A DNA stretch of 64,000 nucleotides from an uncultured Acidobacteriota bacterium (GCA_963796275.1 CAWCKY010000003.1:1440001-1504000), one strand, 5' to 3'; positions 12,946 through 25,376 are shown, counted from the stretch's first letter. Numbers and translations are program-made. The notes: generated from the letters alone by a model not told the origin.

Positions 12946-14061
12946 ATGGATAAAAAGAGGTGGAAAACCCTGCTGACGACCATTGAGAAACTGCGTTGGG
13001 ATATATGGATCGCGGTGACGACCATTGGGCTGGCTTGCTTCGGTGTCGTTATGGTCTATAGCGCATCGGCGGCGGGCGCTACCCCGCATAAATATTTGTT
13101 CGCCCAGATTGCGTGGGCCGCACTCGGACTCGTCGTCATGGCGATCGTACGGCGTGTGGATTATCACCGCTATGCTCATCCGGGATTTATTTATGGCTTT
13201 TTGATTTTTTGTGTCTTCCTGCTGCTGATCGTTTTTTTGTTTCCGGCGATCAACGGCGCCCAGCGCTGGCTGATATTCAACGGGCTCTCGGCGCAGCCAT
13301 CGGAACTCGTGAAGATCTCGCTCGTGCTCTTTCTCGCGTGGTTTCTATCGGAACGGGAGCGCGATGGCGAACTGAGCAGTTTCTGGGCGACAGTCGCGCC
13401 GGCCGCGGTAGTGATGGGGATACTCGGCGTTTTGATACTGAAAGAGCCCGATCTGGGGACGACGCTCATACTTGGTTCTATATTCCTCATTATGTTATTT
13501 GCGGCTGGCGTGCCGTTCGGACATTTGATCAAACTTTCGCCCTTCCTGCTTATCGGCGCAGTCTGGCTGATAGTGAAAGTGGCCTGGCGGTGGGAGCGGA
13601 TCAAAACTTTTATGGATCCGGAGAGCGATCCGCTGGGGAAGGGTTATCAGGTTTTGCAATCATTGATTGCGGTCGGGGCCGGCGGGATGCACGGGCTCGG
13701 GTTCGGACAGAGCAAACAGAAGCTGTCGTTCCTGATAGCGCCCCAATCGGATTTCATTTTCGCGGTTATCGCGGAAGAGCTCGGTTTCGTTGGCGCGTCG
13801 ACGCTCGTGCTCGCATATGGTTTTCTCCTATGGCGCGGTTTGAGGGCAGGCCGCCGCGCGCCGGATAGACTAGGAGAATTGATAGCAGTCGGTCTGACCA
13901 CGGGATTAGTGATTCAGGCGTTCTTTAACATAAGCGTGGCGATCAGTTTGTTGCCTGCCAAAGGGATCACCTTGCCGTTCGTCAGTGCGGGCGGATCTTC
14001 ACTTATGGTCGCCCTCGCTGCTTCCGGTATCTTATTGAACATCTCTGAGCAGGGTGGGTGA
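12946..14061 (+). CDS. ftsW: SEDS peptidoglycan polymerase FtsW
   Basis: MVYSAS, GAQRW, QPSE, EPDLG, GYQ and [13 protein letters not shown]. Confidence 0.95.
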   Translation: MDKKRWKTLLTTIEKLRWDIWIAVTTIGLACFGVVMVYSASAAGATPHKYLFAQIAWAALGLVVMAIVRRVDYHRYAHPGFIYGFLIFCVFLLLIVFLFPAINGAQRWLIFNGLSAQPSELVKISLVLFLAWFLSERERDGELSSFWATVAPAAVVMGILGVLILKEPDLGTTLILGSIFLIMLFAAGVPFGHLIKLSPFLLIGAVWLIVKVAWRWERIKTFMDPESDPLGKGYQVLQSLIAVGAGGMHGLGFGQSKQKLSFLIAPQSDFIFAVIAEELGFVGASTLVLAYGFLLWRGLRAGRRAPDRLGELIAVGLTTGLVIQAFFNISVAISLLPAKGITLPFVSAGGSSLMVALAASGILLNISEQGG

Positions 14062-14147
14062 TTGCGGATTATAGAAGTCGGACTCTGTGGATCATGGGTT
14101 TCCCAATCGTAGACAGAATGAGCTCAATGGGTAGTGAAGTTAACAGA

Positions 14148-15263
14148 ATGGGCGAGATGAAAAGCAAATCCTCGATCCGTCACCCGCAATCCGCAATTAC
14201 GGTGATCATCGCCGGAGGAGGTACTGGCGGTCATATTTACCCGGGGATCGCCATCGCACAGGAGTTCCAGAAGCGCCACGGGAATACGCGGGTAACGTTT
14301 GTCGGCACGGCACGTGGATTGGAATCAAAGATAGTGCCACGCGAGGGCTTCGACCTCGAGTTGATCGATGTCGCCGCGCTTAAACGCGTCAGCTTCATCG
14401 GACGGATCAGGGCGCTGTTGTTATTGCCCAAGAGTTTCCTGACGGCGTGTTTTTTGATTAAAAAAGTCCGGCCTCGGATTGTAATCGGCGTCGGCGGTTA
14501 TGCATCAGGGCCGGTGGTATTGATGGCGTCATTGATGGGGGTTCCGACTATAATTGCTGAGCAGAATGCGTTGCCGGGCTTCACCAACCGCATACTGGCG
14601 CGATTCATCAAAGCCGCCGCCGTCTCCTTTGAGGAGGCGCGCAACTTATTCGGAGCGAAGGCCGAGATTACGGGCAATCCGGTACGAGCGGAATTCTTCA
14701 ACGTGCCCTCCAAAGAACCGAGCGAGGTTGTACACATTTTAATAACAGGAGGCAGCCAGGGCGCGCGCGCTATCAACGAGGCGATGATCGAGACTTTGCC
14801 CCTGCTTGCGGAAGAGGGGGCGCGCCTTTCGCTTACGCATCAGACGGGCGATGCCGACTACGAGAAGGTGCGAGCTGCCTATGAAAAATCGGGATTGAAG
14901 GGGGAGGTAAAACCTTACCTCGATCGGATGGTCGCCGAGTTCGAACGAGCCGACCTGGTGATCTGCCGCGCCGGCGCGACGACGGTCGCGGAACTGGCTG
15001 CAGCGGGCAAGCCGGCAATCATGATTCCGTTTCCGTTCGCGGCCGACGATCATCAGCGCAAGAATGCCGAAGCAGTCGAGCGCGTGGGTGCCGGAAGGAT
15101 GATTTTGCAGGCTGAGTTGACGCCTGAACGACTGGCGCAAGAAATGTTATGGCTTGCCAACGACCCCCAGCAACTGGCGCGCATGGCCGAAGCGAGCAGG
15201 AAGCTCGGCCATCCGGATGCCGCGGCCCGTGTGGTCGATCTGGCGATGAGGATAATCGAATAG
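14148..15263 (+). CDS. murG: Lipid II GlcNAc transferase MurG (start codon uncertain)
   Basis: [32 protein letters not shown] and RAGATT. Confidence 0.95.
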   Translation: MGEMKSKSSIRHPQSAITVIIAGGGTGGHIYPGIAIAQEFQKRHGNTRVTFVGTARGLESKIVPREGFDLELIDVAALKRVSFIGRIRALLLLPKSFLTACFLIKKVRPRIVIGVGGYASGPVVLMASLMGVPTIIAEQNALPGFTNRILARFIKAAAVSFEEARNLFGAKAEITGNPVRAEFFNVPSKEPSEVVHILITGGSQGARAINEAMIETLPLLAEEGARLSLTHQTGDADYEKVRAAYEKSGLKGEVKPYLDRMVAEFERADLVICRAGATTVAELAAAGKPAIMIPFPFAADDHQRKNAEAVERVGAGRMILQAELTPERLAQEMLWLANDPQQLARMAEASRKLGHPDAAARVVDLAMRIIE

Positions 15264-15291
15264 CGAGTCCGGGCTTCGGACCACAGACTCT

Positions 15292-16676
15292 ATGTTTAAG
15301 AAGTACCAGCACATTCATTTCGTAGGAATCGGCGGCATCGGAATGAGCGGCATAGCTGAGGTGTTGCTCAACCTGGGCTATCATATCTCCGGCTCTGATA
15401 TCAGGAGTTCGTCGATCACCGATCGTTTGGAGACGCTGGGGGCACACATATTCGAGGGCCATCGCTCGGCCAATATCGAGGGCGCGCAAGTCGTGGTCAC
15501 ATCGACCGCGGTCAGGGAGGACAACCCGGAAGTCATCGAAGCGGTGCGCAAACAGGTCCCCGTTATCCCGCGAGCTGAGATGCTGGCCGAGCTGATGCGG
15601 TTGAAATACGGCATCGCCATCGCCGGGTCGCACGGGAAGACCACGACGACCTCGATGGTTGCGTCCGTGCTCGACCGCGCACAGGTCGATCCGACGATCG
15701 TCGTCGGTGGGCGCGTCAACACGTTGGGTAGCAACGCGAAGCTGGGGCGCGGCGATTTTATGGTGGTCGAGGCTGATGAGAGCGACAAGAGCTTCCTCAA
15801 ACTCTCTCCCACAATCGCGGTAGTGACGAACATCGATCTGGAGCATCTCGATTTTTATCAAGGCATAGAAGAGATTCGCCATTGCTTCGTGCAGTTCGTC
15901 AACAAGGTTCCGTTTTACGGGTCGGTGATCATCTGCCTCGACGACCCGAACATCCAGCTGATCATCCCGCAGATCTCGCGGCGAGTGATCACCTACGGGC
16001 TGCGCGCGCACGCAGAAGATCTCGGCGGCCGATGTGCAGAATCTCGCGTGAAAGCTTCGGTTCCGATTTTACCGTGCGGAACAAGGGGGAGGAGCTGGGC
16101 CGCATTAAACTCCACGTTCCGGGAGAGCACAATGTTTGTAATGCCCTCGCGGCCGTCGCCGTCGGACTGGAGCTGGAGCTCGATTTCGGCGTGATCGCCG
16201 ACGGCCTGGCGACGTTTCGGGGCACGGAGCGGCGGTTCCAGGTGAAGGGGCTGATCGATACCGATCACGGCGGCATTCTCGTAGTCGACGACTACGGCCA
16301 TCATCCGACGGAGATCCGGGCGACTTTGGCCGCCGCCAAAATGAGCGGACGCCGTCTGGTCGTGCTCTTCCAGCCCCATCGTTTTACGCGCACCGCGGCG
16401 CTACACGAAGAATTTGCGCGGTCGTTTTATGATGCCGATGTTGTCCTACTGTGCGATATCTACGCGGCGAACGAAGACCCCATTCCGGGGGTAACCTCAC
16501 AGGTTCTGGCCGAAGAGATGGAAAAGTTCGGTCATCGCAATGTTCGCTACCTTGGAGGATTTGAACAGGGAAAGGAGGCATTGCTCGAAGCCGTATTGCC
16601 GGGTGATCTGGTTATTACGCTCGGGGCCGGCAACGTCTGGCGCGCCGGTGAAGATTTTCTGGAAGCGATGAGGTGA
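15292..16676 (+). CDS. murC: UDP-MurNAc--L-Ala ligase MurC; frameshifted as given, probably by sequencing indels
   Basis: The N-part ([23 protein letters not shown]) is in ORF 15292 and the C-part ([17 protein letters not shown]) is in ORF 15882. Deleting one A at ~16017 and one at ~16041 restores the continuous reading [20 protein letters not shown]. Confidence 0.9.
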
Positions 16677-17769
16677 TGATGACACCAAGAAATCGTCAGA
16701 GGCCCAAACAAACAGAGGAACGGGAAGTCTGGGACGATGATCCCGGGCACCCGGTCGATAATCGTCGTCATGCGGGCGCAGCGAGCGATCTCGCAGACCG
16801 CCATCGCCGCACCAGCAAGCATCGTGCGCCCAAACAGAAAGGGAAACCGCCCCAGCGGAGACCGAGGCCGGAGCAATCGGCGAAGCCCAAGCAGAAGGAA
16901 TCGGCATCGCGCAAACAGGCATCGCTGGTCGACAGGATCTCGCCTGATTTCCTCTCCAACCGGATTATCCGCATCATCTGGGCGATTTTCTGTCTGGTGA
17001 CCGTCGTCGGCTCCTTTATTTTCATGTATTTCTTCTTCGCCGGCTCACGCTTCTTTGCGCTGCGCGAGATCGAGATCGTCGGCAATAAGCTGCTCCAGCG
17101 TGAATTTATTGAATCGATAGCCAAAGAAAATGCCAAAGAAGGAGTGATGCGGGCCGATCTCAATAAAATTCGCGAAGAGTTGCAAATAAAGGGGGTCGTG
17201 AAAAGTGTAGAGATCACGCGTATGCTCCCGGATATGCTCAAGATAGTCGTCGAGGAGCGCGAGCCCTATGCCCTCGCGCGACGAGGCGATAGCCGGGCGG
17301 AGAGCAATGTCGTATGCGTTGATCGCGAAGGGGTAATGTTCGGCGACCAGTCGTTTTGCAAAGCGAAATCGGGAATGCCCCTGATCAACGGGCTGGATGA
17401 GAGCGGAGACCGCGCGACCGAACGCAATCAGCAGCGTTTGGGGATCTACCACCGGTTGCTCACAGATCTGGACGGAGCGGAACCGCGTCTTTCAACGCGG
17501 ATAGAGGAGGTCTATTTCGACGACGCGCAGGGTGTGCGCGTCACCATCCAGGCGCCGGACAAGGAGAGCGTCATCGCGGTTTTTCTCGGAAATGAAGAAT
17601 TCCGCATCCGCCTCAACGCCGCTCTCGATGTGCTCGATGCTATTTATCGTCAGGATGCCGAAGCTCTCAATGTCCTCAGGATCAGCGATGCCGAGAAGCT
17701 TCTCAGCGGGGCCAGGATTTCATATCTCAACGCCACGACCCCCAAGCGCGTGGTCGTAGGGTTGGAGGA

Positions 17770-17773
<4 letters not shown>
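16673..17773 (+). CDS. ftsQ: Cell division protein FtsQ/DivIB
   Basis: Long charged cytoplasmic tail, one TM helix, POTRA-like segment ending [16 protein letters not shown]; lies before ftsA. Confidence 0.88.
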
Positions 17774-19026
<1,253 letters not shown>

Positions 19027-19433
19027 TGGATTGCGATTTGCGAGTTAAAAGGAAGTCTTTTAAAATGTCCGCAAATCTTGTAATCCGCAATGTTAAGATT
19101 GGATTACAGCAACAGGATAATGCCTAGTTTAACCTTCAGGATAACTCCCCTGGTTGTCACCCGCCTTCGAACGAAGACGGGAGTAATATGGTTTGAAGCG
19201 TCGTGTCAAAGCTTTTGTCAGAATAATGATTCATTGGGATCGGTTTTGTTGATCCCACATAACAAATGGGTTCTCCGACACCCTCAGCTCGATTCTTCCC
19301 GTCAATTTCCCAAGATTATGGAAGCAGGCCTGGTTGAGTCGCACAGGTTAAGAAGTGTCCGAACCTCAGGATATGGTTATTGGTCGAAGCTCGATAGAAG
19401 CGGAAGACCGTTGAACTAATTGAGGAGGCGCAG

Positions 19434-20564
19434 ATGTCATTAGATGATCGCATGGGATTGAATTTTACCTTCGACGACGAGCCCCCGAGCGCCGGAGCGC
19501 GCATCAAGGTGATCGGCATCGGCGGTGGCGGCGGTAATGCCGTCAATCATATGATTGAGGCGCAAATTGACGGGGTCGAATTCCTGGTAATAAATACGGA
19601 TTTACAGGCGCTTATAAGGTCACACGCGCCGGTCAAATTGCAGATCGGGGGGAAACTGACCAAGGGGTTGGGAGCAGGCGCGAACCCCGAGATCGGGCGC
19701 GACGCCGCACTAGAAGACACCGAAAAGATACTCGAAGCTCTCGAAGGAGTCGACATGGTTTTTGTGACGGTGGGACTGGGAGGCGGGACCGGAACCGGAG
19801 CCGCACCGATCATCGCATCGCTGGCGGCCGAGCTCGACGCGCTCACCGTCGCGGTCGTGACCAAGCCATTTCCCTTCGAAGGCCGCCACCGGCTGCGACA
19901 GGCGGAGGCCGGAATGGAAGAACTGCGGTCGGTCGTTGACACCCTGATCACAATCCCGAACGAACGACTCTTACAGGCCGCCGATCGCAATATGTCACTC
20001 GGCGATGCTTTTCAAATGGCCGATGATGTTCTGCGCCAGGCAGTCCAGGGTATCTCTGACCTGATCACCATACCCGGGTTCATTAACGTAGATTTTGCCG
20101 ACGTCCGCGCCATCATGAAGGGAATGGGGATGGCGCTGATGGGCACCGGCCACGCCGTGGGCGAGAACCGTGCTATGGATGCAACCCAGCGGGCGATCTC
20201 GAGCCCGCTCCTCGAAGAGGCATCGATCAATGGGGCAAAAGGCGTCCTGGTCAACATCACAGGCGGCCCGGACCTCACCCTGTTTGAGGTCGATGAGGCT
20301 ATGAAGGTCATTCACGATGCGTCGGACCCTGAAGCCAACATCATTTTCGGCACCGTGCCCGATGAACGTATGCAAAACGAGATGAAGATTACGGTCATCG
20401 CGACGGGATTCGAGACTCAGCCAGCTGAGATCGTTCATGCTCTTCCGGTGCGCTCGAATAATATTGCCGGCGGAACCAATTCGGGTTCGCGAACCTCGAC
20501 ACCCAGCCCACGGCCACCGGTAGACCTCGACGTGCCCACCTTCATCCGCAGAAAGGCGGATTAG
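19434..20564 (+). CDS. ftsZ: Cell division GTPase FtsZ
   Basis: [21 protein letters not shown] and C-terminal LDVPTFIR. Confidence 0.98.
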   Translation: MSLDDRMGLNFTFDDEPPSAGARIKVIGIGGGGGNAVNHMIEAQIDGVEFLVINTDLQALIRSHAPVKLQIGGKLTKGLGAGANPEIGRDAALEDTEKILEALEGVDMVFVTVGLGGGTGTGAAPIIASLAAELDALTVAVVTKPFPFEGRHRLRQAEAGMEELRSVVDTLITIPNERLLQAADRNMSLGDAFQMADDVLRQAVQGISDLITIPGFINVDFADVRAIMKGMGMALMGTGHAVGENRAMDATQRAISSPLLEEASINGAKGVLVNITGGPDLTLFEVDEAMKVIHDASDPEANIIFGTVPDERMQNEMKITVIATGFETQPAEIVHALPVRSNNIAGGTNSGSRTSTPSPRPPVDLDVPTFIRRKAD

Positions 20565-20576
20565 CGGAAAGGCATA

Positions 20577-20745
20577 TTGAAAATTGAGAATTGAAAGATG
20601 AAAGATGAAAGATGAAAGTTGATTTTGATTGTTGATTGTTGATAATGCATGGTTGATAGCTGGTAGTTGGCGATCGGCGATCGTCCGAAACCATTGACTA
20701 TTGACTATCGACTTACGATTATCCATTATCAATTGTCCATTTACC
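20577..20745. repeat. Degenerate heptamer arrays downstream of ftsZ
   Basis: TGAAAGA x3, TTGATTG, TTGACTA and TCCATTA units with a 7-nt period; partly self-complementary. Confidence 0.65.
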
Positions 20746-21109
20746 TTTGCCTCATCTCCCTTGCATCGATGGAATTGATAAGGTAGCATTGCGTCATCAA
20801 CGAGCAACAGTATTGAGTTATATCATCAAGGTGCCGAGATCAGGTACCAGTGTTGATTCCCGTCAGGTTCCTCCGTTGATCTCTCGTGGGGAAGTTCTCA
20901 TATCCGCGTTATGTTTGGGGATAAATTATATCGCCTCTTCTCGCTCCCTATTGTGATTGGGCGACCATTGAAATTCTTTCGATAACGCGTAAGACCTACG
21001 TGGAAAAAACAGAGGCCCACGGCTCGGTGCTGGGGCATATTTTCTGGCAGGAGTCCGGCTGCCTCGGATAAAATGAATAAAAGAATGGCCTCGAAGGAGG
21101 AGAAGACAA

Positions 21110-21598
21110 GTGAACCGCAAATTGATTCGAACAACGTTAGCTGAAGTTAAAGAGAGGGAATTACAGGCAAGGGAAGCACGGCGCACTCCGGAGCCCCCAC
21201 GCGAACGGGAAAGGGATCGAGATCGTGATCGAGATCGTGATAGGGATCGTGATCGTGATCGAGATCGAGATCGAGATCGTGACAGGGATCGTGATCGAGA
21301 TCGGGAACCGATGCATCAGCCGCGGGAATCCCAATCGTCGCAACCATCACAACCAAAGAAGAAGATTCCGCCGGAACAGACTAACGCCGAGAGTTTTTAC
21401 TATAAAAAACAGATGGATTCGCATACACCGATGGTGATCGTCTTGCAGGACGATGAAAAATTGGCGGGAACCATTGAGTGGTATGACAAAAACAGTATCA
21501 AATTGCATCGCCTTGACGGGCCGAACCTGCTGATCCTCAAACATAACATCAAATATATGTACAAAGATCAGAAGGATGACGAGGAGAAGGAAGATTAG
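21110..21598 (+). CDS. hfq: Hfq/Sm-like RNA chaperone with an N-terminal Arg-Asp dipeptide tract
   Basis: C-terminal Sm fold ([24 protein letters not shown]...[10 protein letters not shown], matching the Hfq Sm1/Sm2 YKHAI pattern); AAGGAGG SD upstream of the GTG start. Confidence 0.78.
   Translation: MNRKLIRTTLAEVKERELQAREARRTPEPPRERERDRDRDRDRDRDRDRDRDRDRDRDRDRDRDREPMHQPRESQSSQPSQPKKKIPPEQTNAESFYYKKQMDSHTPMVIVLQDDEKLAGTIEWYDKNSIKLHRLDGPNLLILKHNIKYMYKDQKDDEEKED
21200..21307 (+). repeat. Coding hexamer repeat, RERE(RD)15RE
   Basis: 18 R-D/E dipeptides encoded by mixed CGT/CGA/AGG/CGG/CGC and GAT/GAC/GAA codons. Confidence 0.95.
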
Positions 21599-21618
21599 CC
21601 ACAGCATATCGCTCTGGT

Positions 21619-22659
21619 ATGACTGAGTCGAATAGCAGCCAAGCGGCGAGAGAAAAGCCGCGAATCGGAATTACGATCGGTGATCCGGCCGGCATTGGCC
21701 CGGAAGTCTCACTGAAGGCGGTATGCGCGCAGAAAGTGCTCGCCGCCTGCACGCCAGTCATCATCGGAGCTGAAAAATACCTCTCGCATTGGGCAAAAGT
21801 ATTCGAACTCCCTCACAAATTCAGGGTCATCAAAACCGGGGAACCATTACCATCCGGTCTGACTGAGCCGATCATTTACGACCTCAACAATATCTCCGAT
21901 TCTCCCGGCTCGATTGCTATGGGCCAGGAACGGGCGGAATATGGCAGAGCTGCGGCTCAATTCATCGAGGCTGGCGTCCGCCTCTGTCAAACGGGCCAGA
22001 TCGATGCGATAGCCACAGCGCCGATCAATAAAAAGTCGTTCAATCTGGGTGGCTACAATTTTCCGGGTCACACCGAATTCCTCGCCCATCTGACTGGAAC
22101 CGGGGAATTCGCCATGGCTTTCTTCTCGCCCGCTCTCCGAGTAGCATTGCTGACCATCCACATTCCCCTGGCCGATGTTTCAGGTTACGTCACGCAAGCC
22201 GAACTCGAGAAGTTGATCAGATTGGTCAATCGCGCGCTCACGTGTTACGGATTTGATCATCCGCGGATCGCAGTGGCAGCGCTCAATCCGCACGGGGGCG
22301 AAGGGAGCCTCTTCGGCTCCGAAGAAGCGTCTGAGATGATCCCGGCTATCAGGAATTGCCGGGAGAGAAATGGGATCGATGTAAGCGGCCCGCACCCTGG
22401 TGATACGGTATTCCTACGCGCATCGCGCGGCCAATTTGATATTGTGATTTCGTGCTATCACGATCAGGGGTTGATCCCGGTCAAATGCCTTTCATTCGGC
22501 GAGGCAGTCAATGTCACGCTCGGTCTGCCGTTCATTCGCACTTCCGTTGATCACGGCACGGCCTTCGATATCGCCGGTCAAGGAAAAGCGGACCCGGCTA
22601 GCATGGTCGCAGCAATCGAGTTAGCCGCAGATCTGCTCGAAAGGCAAAAGGCAAATTGA
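21619..22659 (+). CDS. pdxA: 4-hydroxythreonine-4-phosphate dehydrogenase PdxA
   Basis: GDPAGIGPE, TAPINK, GHTE, NPHGGE, YHDQG and RTSVDHGTAFDIAG. Confidence 0.96.
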   Translation: MTESNSSQAAREKPRIGITIGDPAGIGPEVSLKAVCAQKVLAACTPVIIGAEKYLSHWAKVFELPHKFRVIKTGEPLPSGLTEPIIYDLNNISDSPGSIAMGQERAEYGRAAAQFIEAGVRLCQTGQIDAIATAPINKKSFNLGGYNFPGHTEFLAHLTGTGEFAMAFFSPALRVALLTIHIPLADVSGYVTQAELEKLIRLVNRALTCYGFDHPRIAVAALNPHGGEGSLFGSEEASEMIPAIRNCRERNGIDVSGPHPGDTVFLRASRGQFDIVISCYHDQGLIPVKCLSFGEAVNVTLGLPFIRTSVDHGTAFDIAGQGKADPASMVAAIELAADLLERQKAN

Positions 22660-22814
22660 TATACGATAAGTTGTAAATACTTGATAGTGAACGACATGTA
22701 ACCGTAGACTATCCTTTATCAATTTAGTATCAATTTGGCTCGTGCCTACTGCCTTTTGCCTCTTTGCCTTCACACAATCATATCCGTCCGCTCAATTCTG
22801 AATAGACGCCGCCT

Positions 22815-23552
22815 TTAGCGCCGCCCGCCCTTTTTCTTGGCAACCCGCTTGGCCGTTTTCTTTGCCGTAGCCTTTATTGTTTTCTTGGCAGATTTCTTGG
22901 CAGATTTCTTGACTGGCTTCTTGGCGGCTTTCTTCACCGGTTTCTTGGCGGCTTTTTTCGCGGCTTTTTTGGCCTTCTTAGCCGGCTTTTTAGCTGCAGC
23001 CTTAACGGCCTTCTTGGCAGCTTTCTTCGCCGGTTTCTTGGCGGCTTTTTTCGCCGGTTTTTTCTTCGCAGCAGCTTTGACAGCCTTCTTCGCGGCCTTC
23101 TTGCGCTTCGCGGCCGGAGCTTTGGCGGCGGGCGCGGCCGGGATCACAGGTTCGGGTTCTGGAATGAGAATGATCGGCGTCGGTTCGGGAAGAGTGCTCA
23201 CCACAATAGGTTTCGCAAATTCATCTTCTTCATCATCGTCGTCGTCGTCATCGTCATCGTCATTATCATTCCATTTGATTTCATCGCGATCCCAGGTAGG
23301 ACGAGCGGGCTCTTTGACCAATCCATTGTCCTCTTCAATCTCGAAATCGTCATTGTCATCGTCGTCCTTGGTGAAATCGTCGTCATCCGAGTCCTGTTCT
23401 GAATAGTCATCATCGTAGTCCCACGGGTCGCGATTGTCGTCATCGAACTGCAGTGTATGCTGACTGCCACTTTGTCCGGGAGCTGAATACTGTTTCTCCA
23501 GATCAAATTCTCCTACATTGAGTTCTTCTTTCTTACTATCTTTCTTGTCCAT
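22815..23552 (-). CDS. Low-complexity protein with a D/E-rich N-half, Pro linker and histone H1-like (P/A)AKK C-terminal repeats
   Basis: AAGGAGG SD before the ATG; poly-D tracts; about 95 residues of AKK/PAKK repeats. Confidence 0.82.
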   Translation of the reverse strand: MDKKDSKKEELNVGEFDLEKQYSAPGQSGSQHTLQFDDDNRDPWDYDDDYSEQDSDDDDFTKDDDDNDDFEIEEDNGLVKEPARPTWDRDEIKWNDNDDDDDDDDDDEEDEFAKPIVVSTLPEPTPIILIPEPEPVIPAAPAAKAPAAKRKKAAKKAVKAAAKKKPAKKAAKKPAKKAAKKAVKAAAKKPAKKAKKAAKKAAKKPVKKAAKKPVKKSAKKSAKKTIKATAKKTAKRVAKKKGGRR

Positions 23553-23859
23553 GGTTATCCTCCTTGGAAGCCTTTAGAATCGGCCTCGCCGGTTTCAATT
23601 CAAGCTGAAATTAACTGTTTTACTGCCGGTAAAAAGCGGCGGGATTATAGCATGTAGAATCACAGCCGCTAGTCGGAAGTGCAGATTATGGACGATCTAC
23701 ATCATATTGAAAAGTCCATTTTTGACGGTAATTTTGCCATTTCTTAATAAACTCGTTATTGATAGAATCAGGAAAATCCCGTTCCGTATTCTGCATTCTT
23801 CGACCCCAATGCTAAAATGGCAAGGCTTCTGCTCCAATAGTTGAGAGTGAATACTGATA

Positions 23860-24966
23860 ATGAAACCCGAGACTAAGGTTGAAAAAGTAAGAATAGGACT
23901 GATTGGAACAGGTTTTGCCCGGAGCGCGCAGGCTCCGGCTTTCAGGCTTTGCGAGGGCGCCGAACTCGTAGCTGTATGCAGCGGCCAATATGCTAACGCA
24001 GTCCGAACAGCGCATGAATACGGTATCAAATATGCCTGCGAAAATTACCAAGAGTTGCTTGCGAAAGAGGAGGTATCGCTCGTCGTAATCTCCACGCCCC
24101 CATCGTTGCACCATCAGATTACGCTGGCGGCGCTCGATGCTGGCAAACACGTGATCTGTGAAAAACCGATGGCGATGAACGCAGCTGAAGCGCGCGAGAT
24201 GACGGAGAGCGCGGCATCGCATTCGGGTCAGCTTGCCATCATCGATCACGAGCTGCGTTTCAATCCCACCTGGAGGCGGATGAAAGAGCTGGTGGATGGC
24301 GGTTATCTGGGCGACATTTATCACGTCAATGTGCTTATCTCCTCGGGATTTCGACATTCCGCGCAGCGGCATTGGAATTGGTGGTCCGAAAAATCGGCGG
24401 GCGGCGGTCTGCTCGGAGCGCTCGGATCTCACACGATCGATGCCCTTCATTGGATTTTCGGGGACATCGAAGAGGTCTGCAGTCAGGTCGATACCCTGGT
24501 TCCGGAACGGAGAGACGCGAAGACGGGAGAGATGAAACCGAATGAGACCGATGATTACACATCCATTCTAGTGCGTTTCGCCCCGCGCGACGGACGGCGG
24601 TCGAATGGGGTGGTCCTGCTTTCAGCGCTTTTTGCGAGCGGCGGGAAGAACCAGGTGGCTGCGATCGGCAGCAAAGGGACGCTCGTCATAGAAGGGGAAG
24701 AGACGCTCATCGGCGCGATGGGCTATAATCATCAGTTCGAAGATATGTCACTAAAAGATCGGGCGCGGGAGATATCGGTACTACCCGACAACATCTGGGC
24801 GCGTTCTTTCTATCATCTGGCACGTGAAACCGTTCAAGCTTTGCGGGAAGGGCGCACCGAGATCGCACAAGCGGCGACATTCACCGACGGACTGCGTTGC
24901 CAGGAAGTCCTCGATGCCGTCCGCCGCTCACACGATGAGCAACGATGGATCAAAGTTCGAGAATAA
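23860..24966 (+). CDS. Gfo/Idh/MocA family oxidoreductase
   Basis: GLIGTGF Rossmann fold start, GKHVICEKP and GGGLLGALGSHTID. Confidence 0.92.
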   Translation: MKPETKVEKVRIGLIGTGFARSAQAPAFRLCEGAELVAVCSGQYANAVRTAHEYGIKYACENYQELLAKEEVSLVVISTPPSLHHQITLAALDAGKHVICEKPMAMNAAEAREMTESAASHSGQLAIIDHELRFNPTWRRMKELVDGGYLGDIYHVNVLISSGFRHSAQRHWNWWSEKSAGGGLLGALGSHTIDALHWIFGDIEEVCSQVDTLVPERRDAKTGEMKPNETDDYTSILVRFAPRDGRRSNGVVLLSALFASGGKNQVAAIGSKGTLVIEGEETLIGAMGYNHQFEDMSLKDRAREISVLPDNIWARSFYHLARETVQALREGRTEIAQAATFTDGLRCQEVLDAVRRSHDEQRWIKVRE

Positions 24967-25063
24967 TTGATAGCTCGTATAAGGTGATGCCATCACCGTG
25001 TAGATCAACTTAAAACTATCAATTATCAATTATTTCATTATTTTCTAGGAGTAAATAAAATAT

Positions 25064-25270
25064 ATGGCAACTGTGAAGCGTTATAGCGTCTACTGTCAAA
25101 AATGCAATCAAAAATTTCCTGTTTTCGCTGCGCTGCATCATTCGATACAAGCAGATGCTTGGCTCAAGGAGAAAGCAATCAATCACGACTGTAAAGCCTT
25201 CGCTGATCAATTAGCGAAAGAACGGGCTCCCCGTCCGATCAACCCGATTAAGGCATCAAAGAAGAGCTAA
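25064..25270 (+). CDS. Small hypothetical protein, possible zinc binder
   Basis: AGGAG SD upstream; CQKC ... HH ... HDC motif; basic C-terminus. Confidence 0.65.
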   Translation: MATVKRYSVYCQKCNQKFPVFAALHHSIQADAWLKEKAINHDCKAFADQLAKERAPRPINPIKASKKS

Positions 25271-25284
25271 TCAGAAACCAGGAA

Positions 25285-25352
25285 ATAGACGGGATTTACC
25301 GGAGTTTTCCAACCTGGATCACTGAATCCTGACAAATCTTGTAAATCCTCTA
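25285..25352. repeat. Dispersed palindromic repeat (GACRGGATTTAC...AATCCTG...GTAAATCCT type), copy 1
   Basis: AGACGGGATTTACCGG ... AATCCTGACAAATCTTGTAAATCCTCT; a similar copy lies at 55624-55696. Confidence 0.6.
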
Positions 25353-25376
25353 TTTCTGAGGAGTAAAACAAAACAC

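Noticed and set aside
15292-16676. murC as a true pseudogene, and missing murB/ddl as cell-wall loss
   Set aside because: All other dcw genes are intact and the frame is restored by removing two bases. murB and ddl are often located elsewhere.
19090-19419. 109-aa ORF between ftsA and ftsZ
   Set aside because: It has no RBS or motifs and starts in a repeat remnant, so it is likely non-coding.
21147-21437. ISIS, DLDH and IEIV repeat ORFs
   Set aside because: They are alternative frames of the RD-coding repeat.
22837-23406. Hydrophobic 189-aa plus-strand ORF (AAFF repeats, poly-Ser)
   Set aside because: It is the antisense mirror of the AKK/poly-D gene, which has a strong SD.
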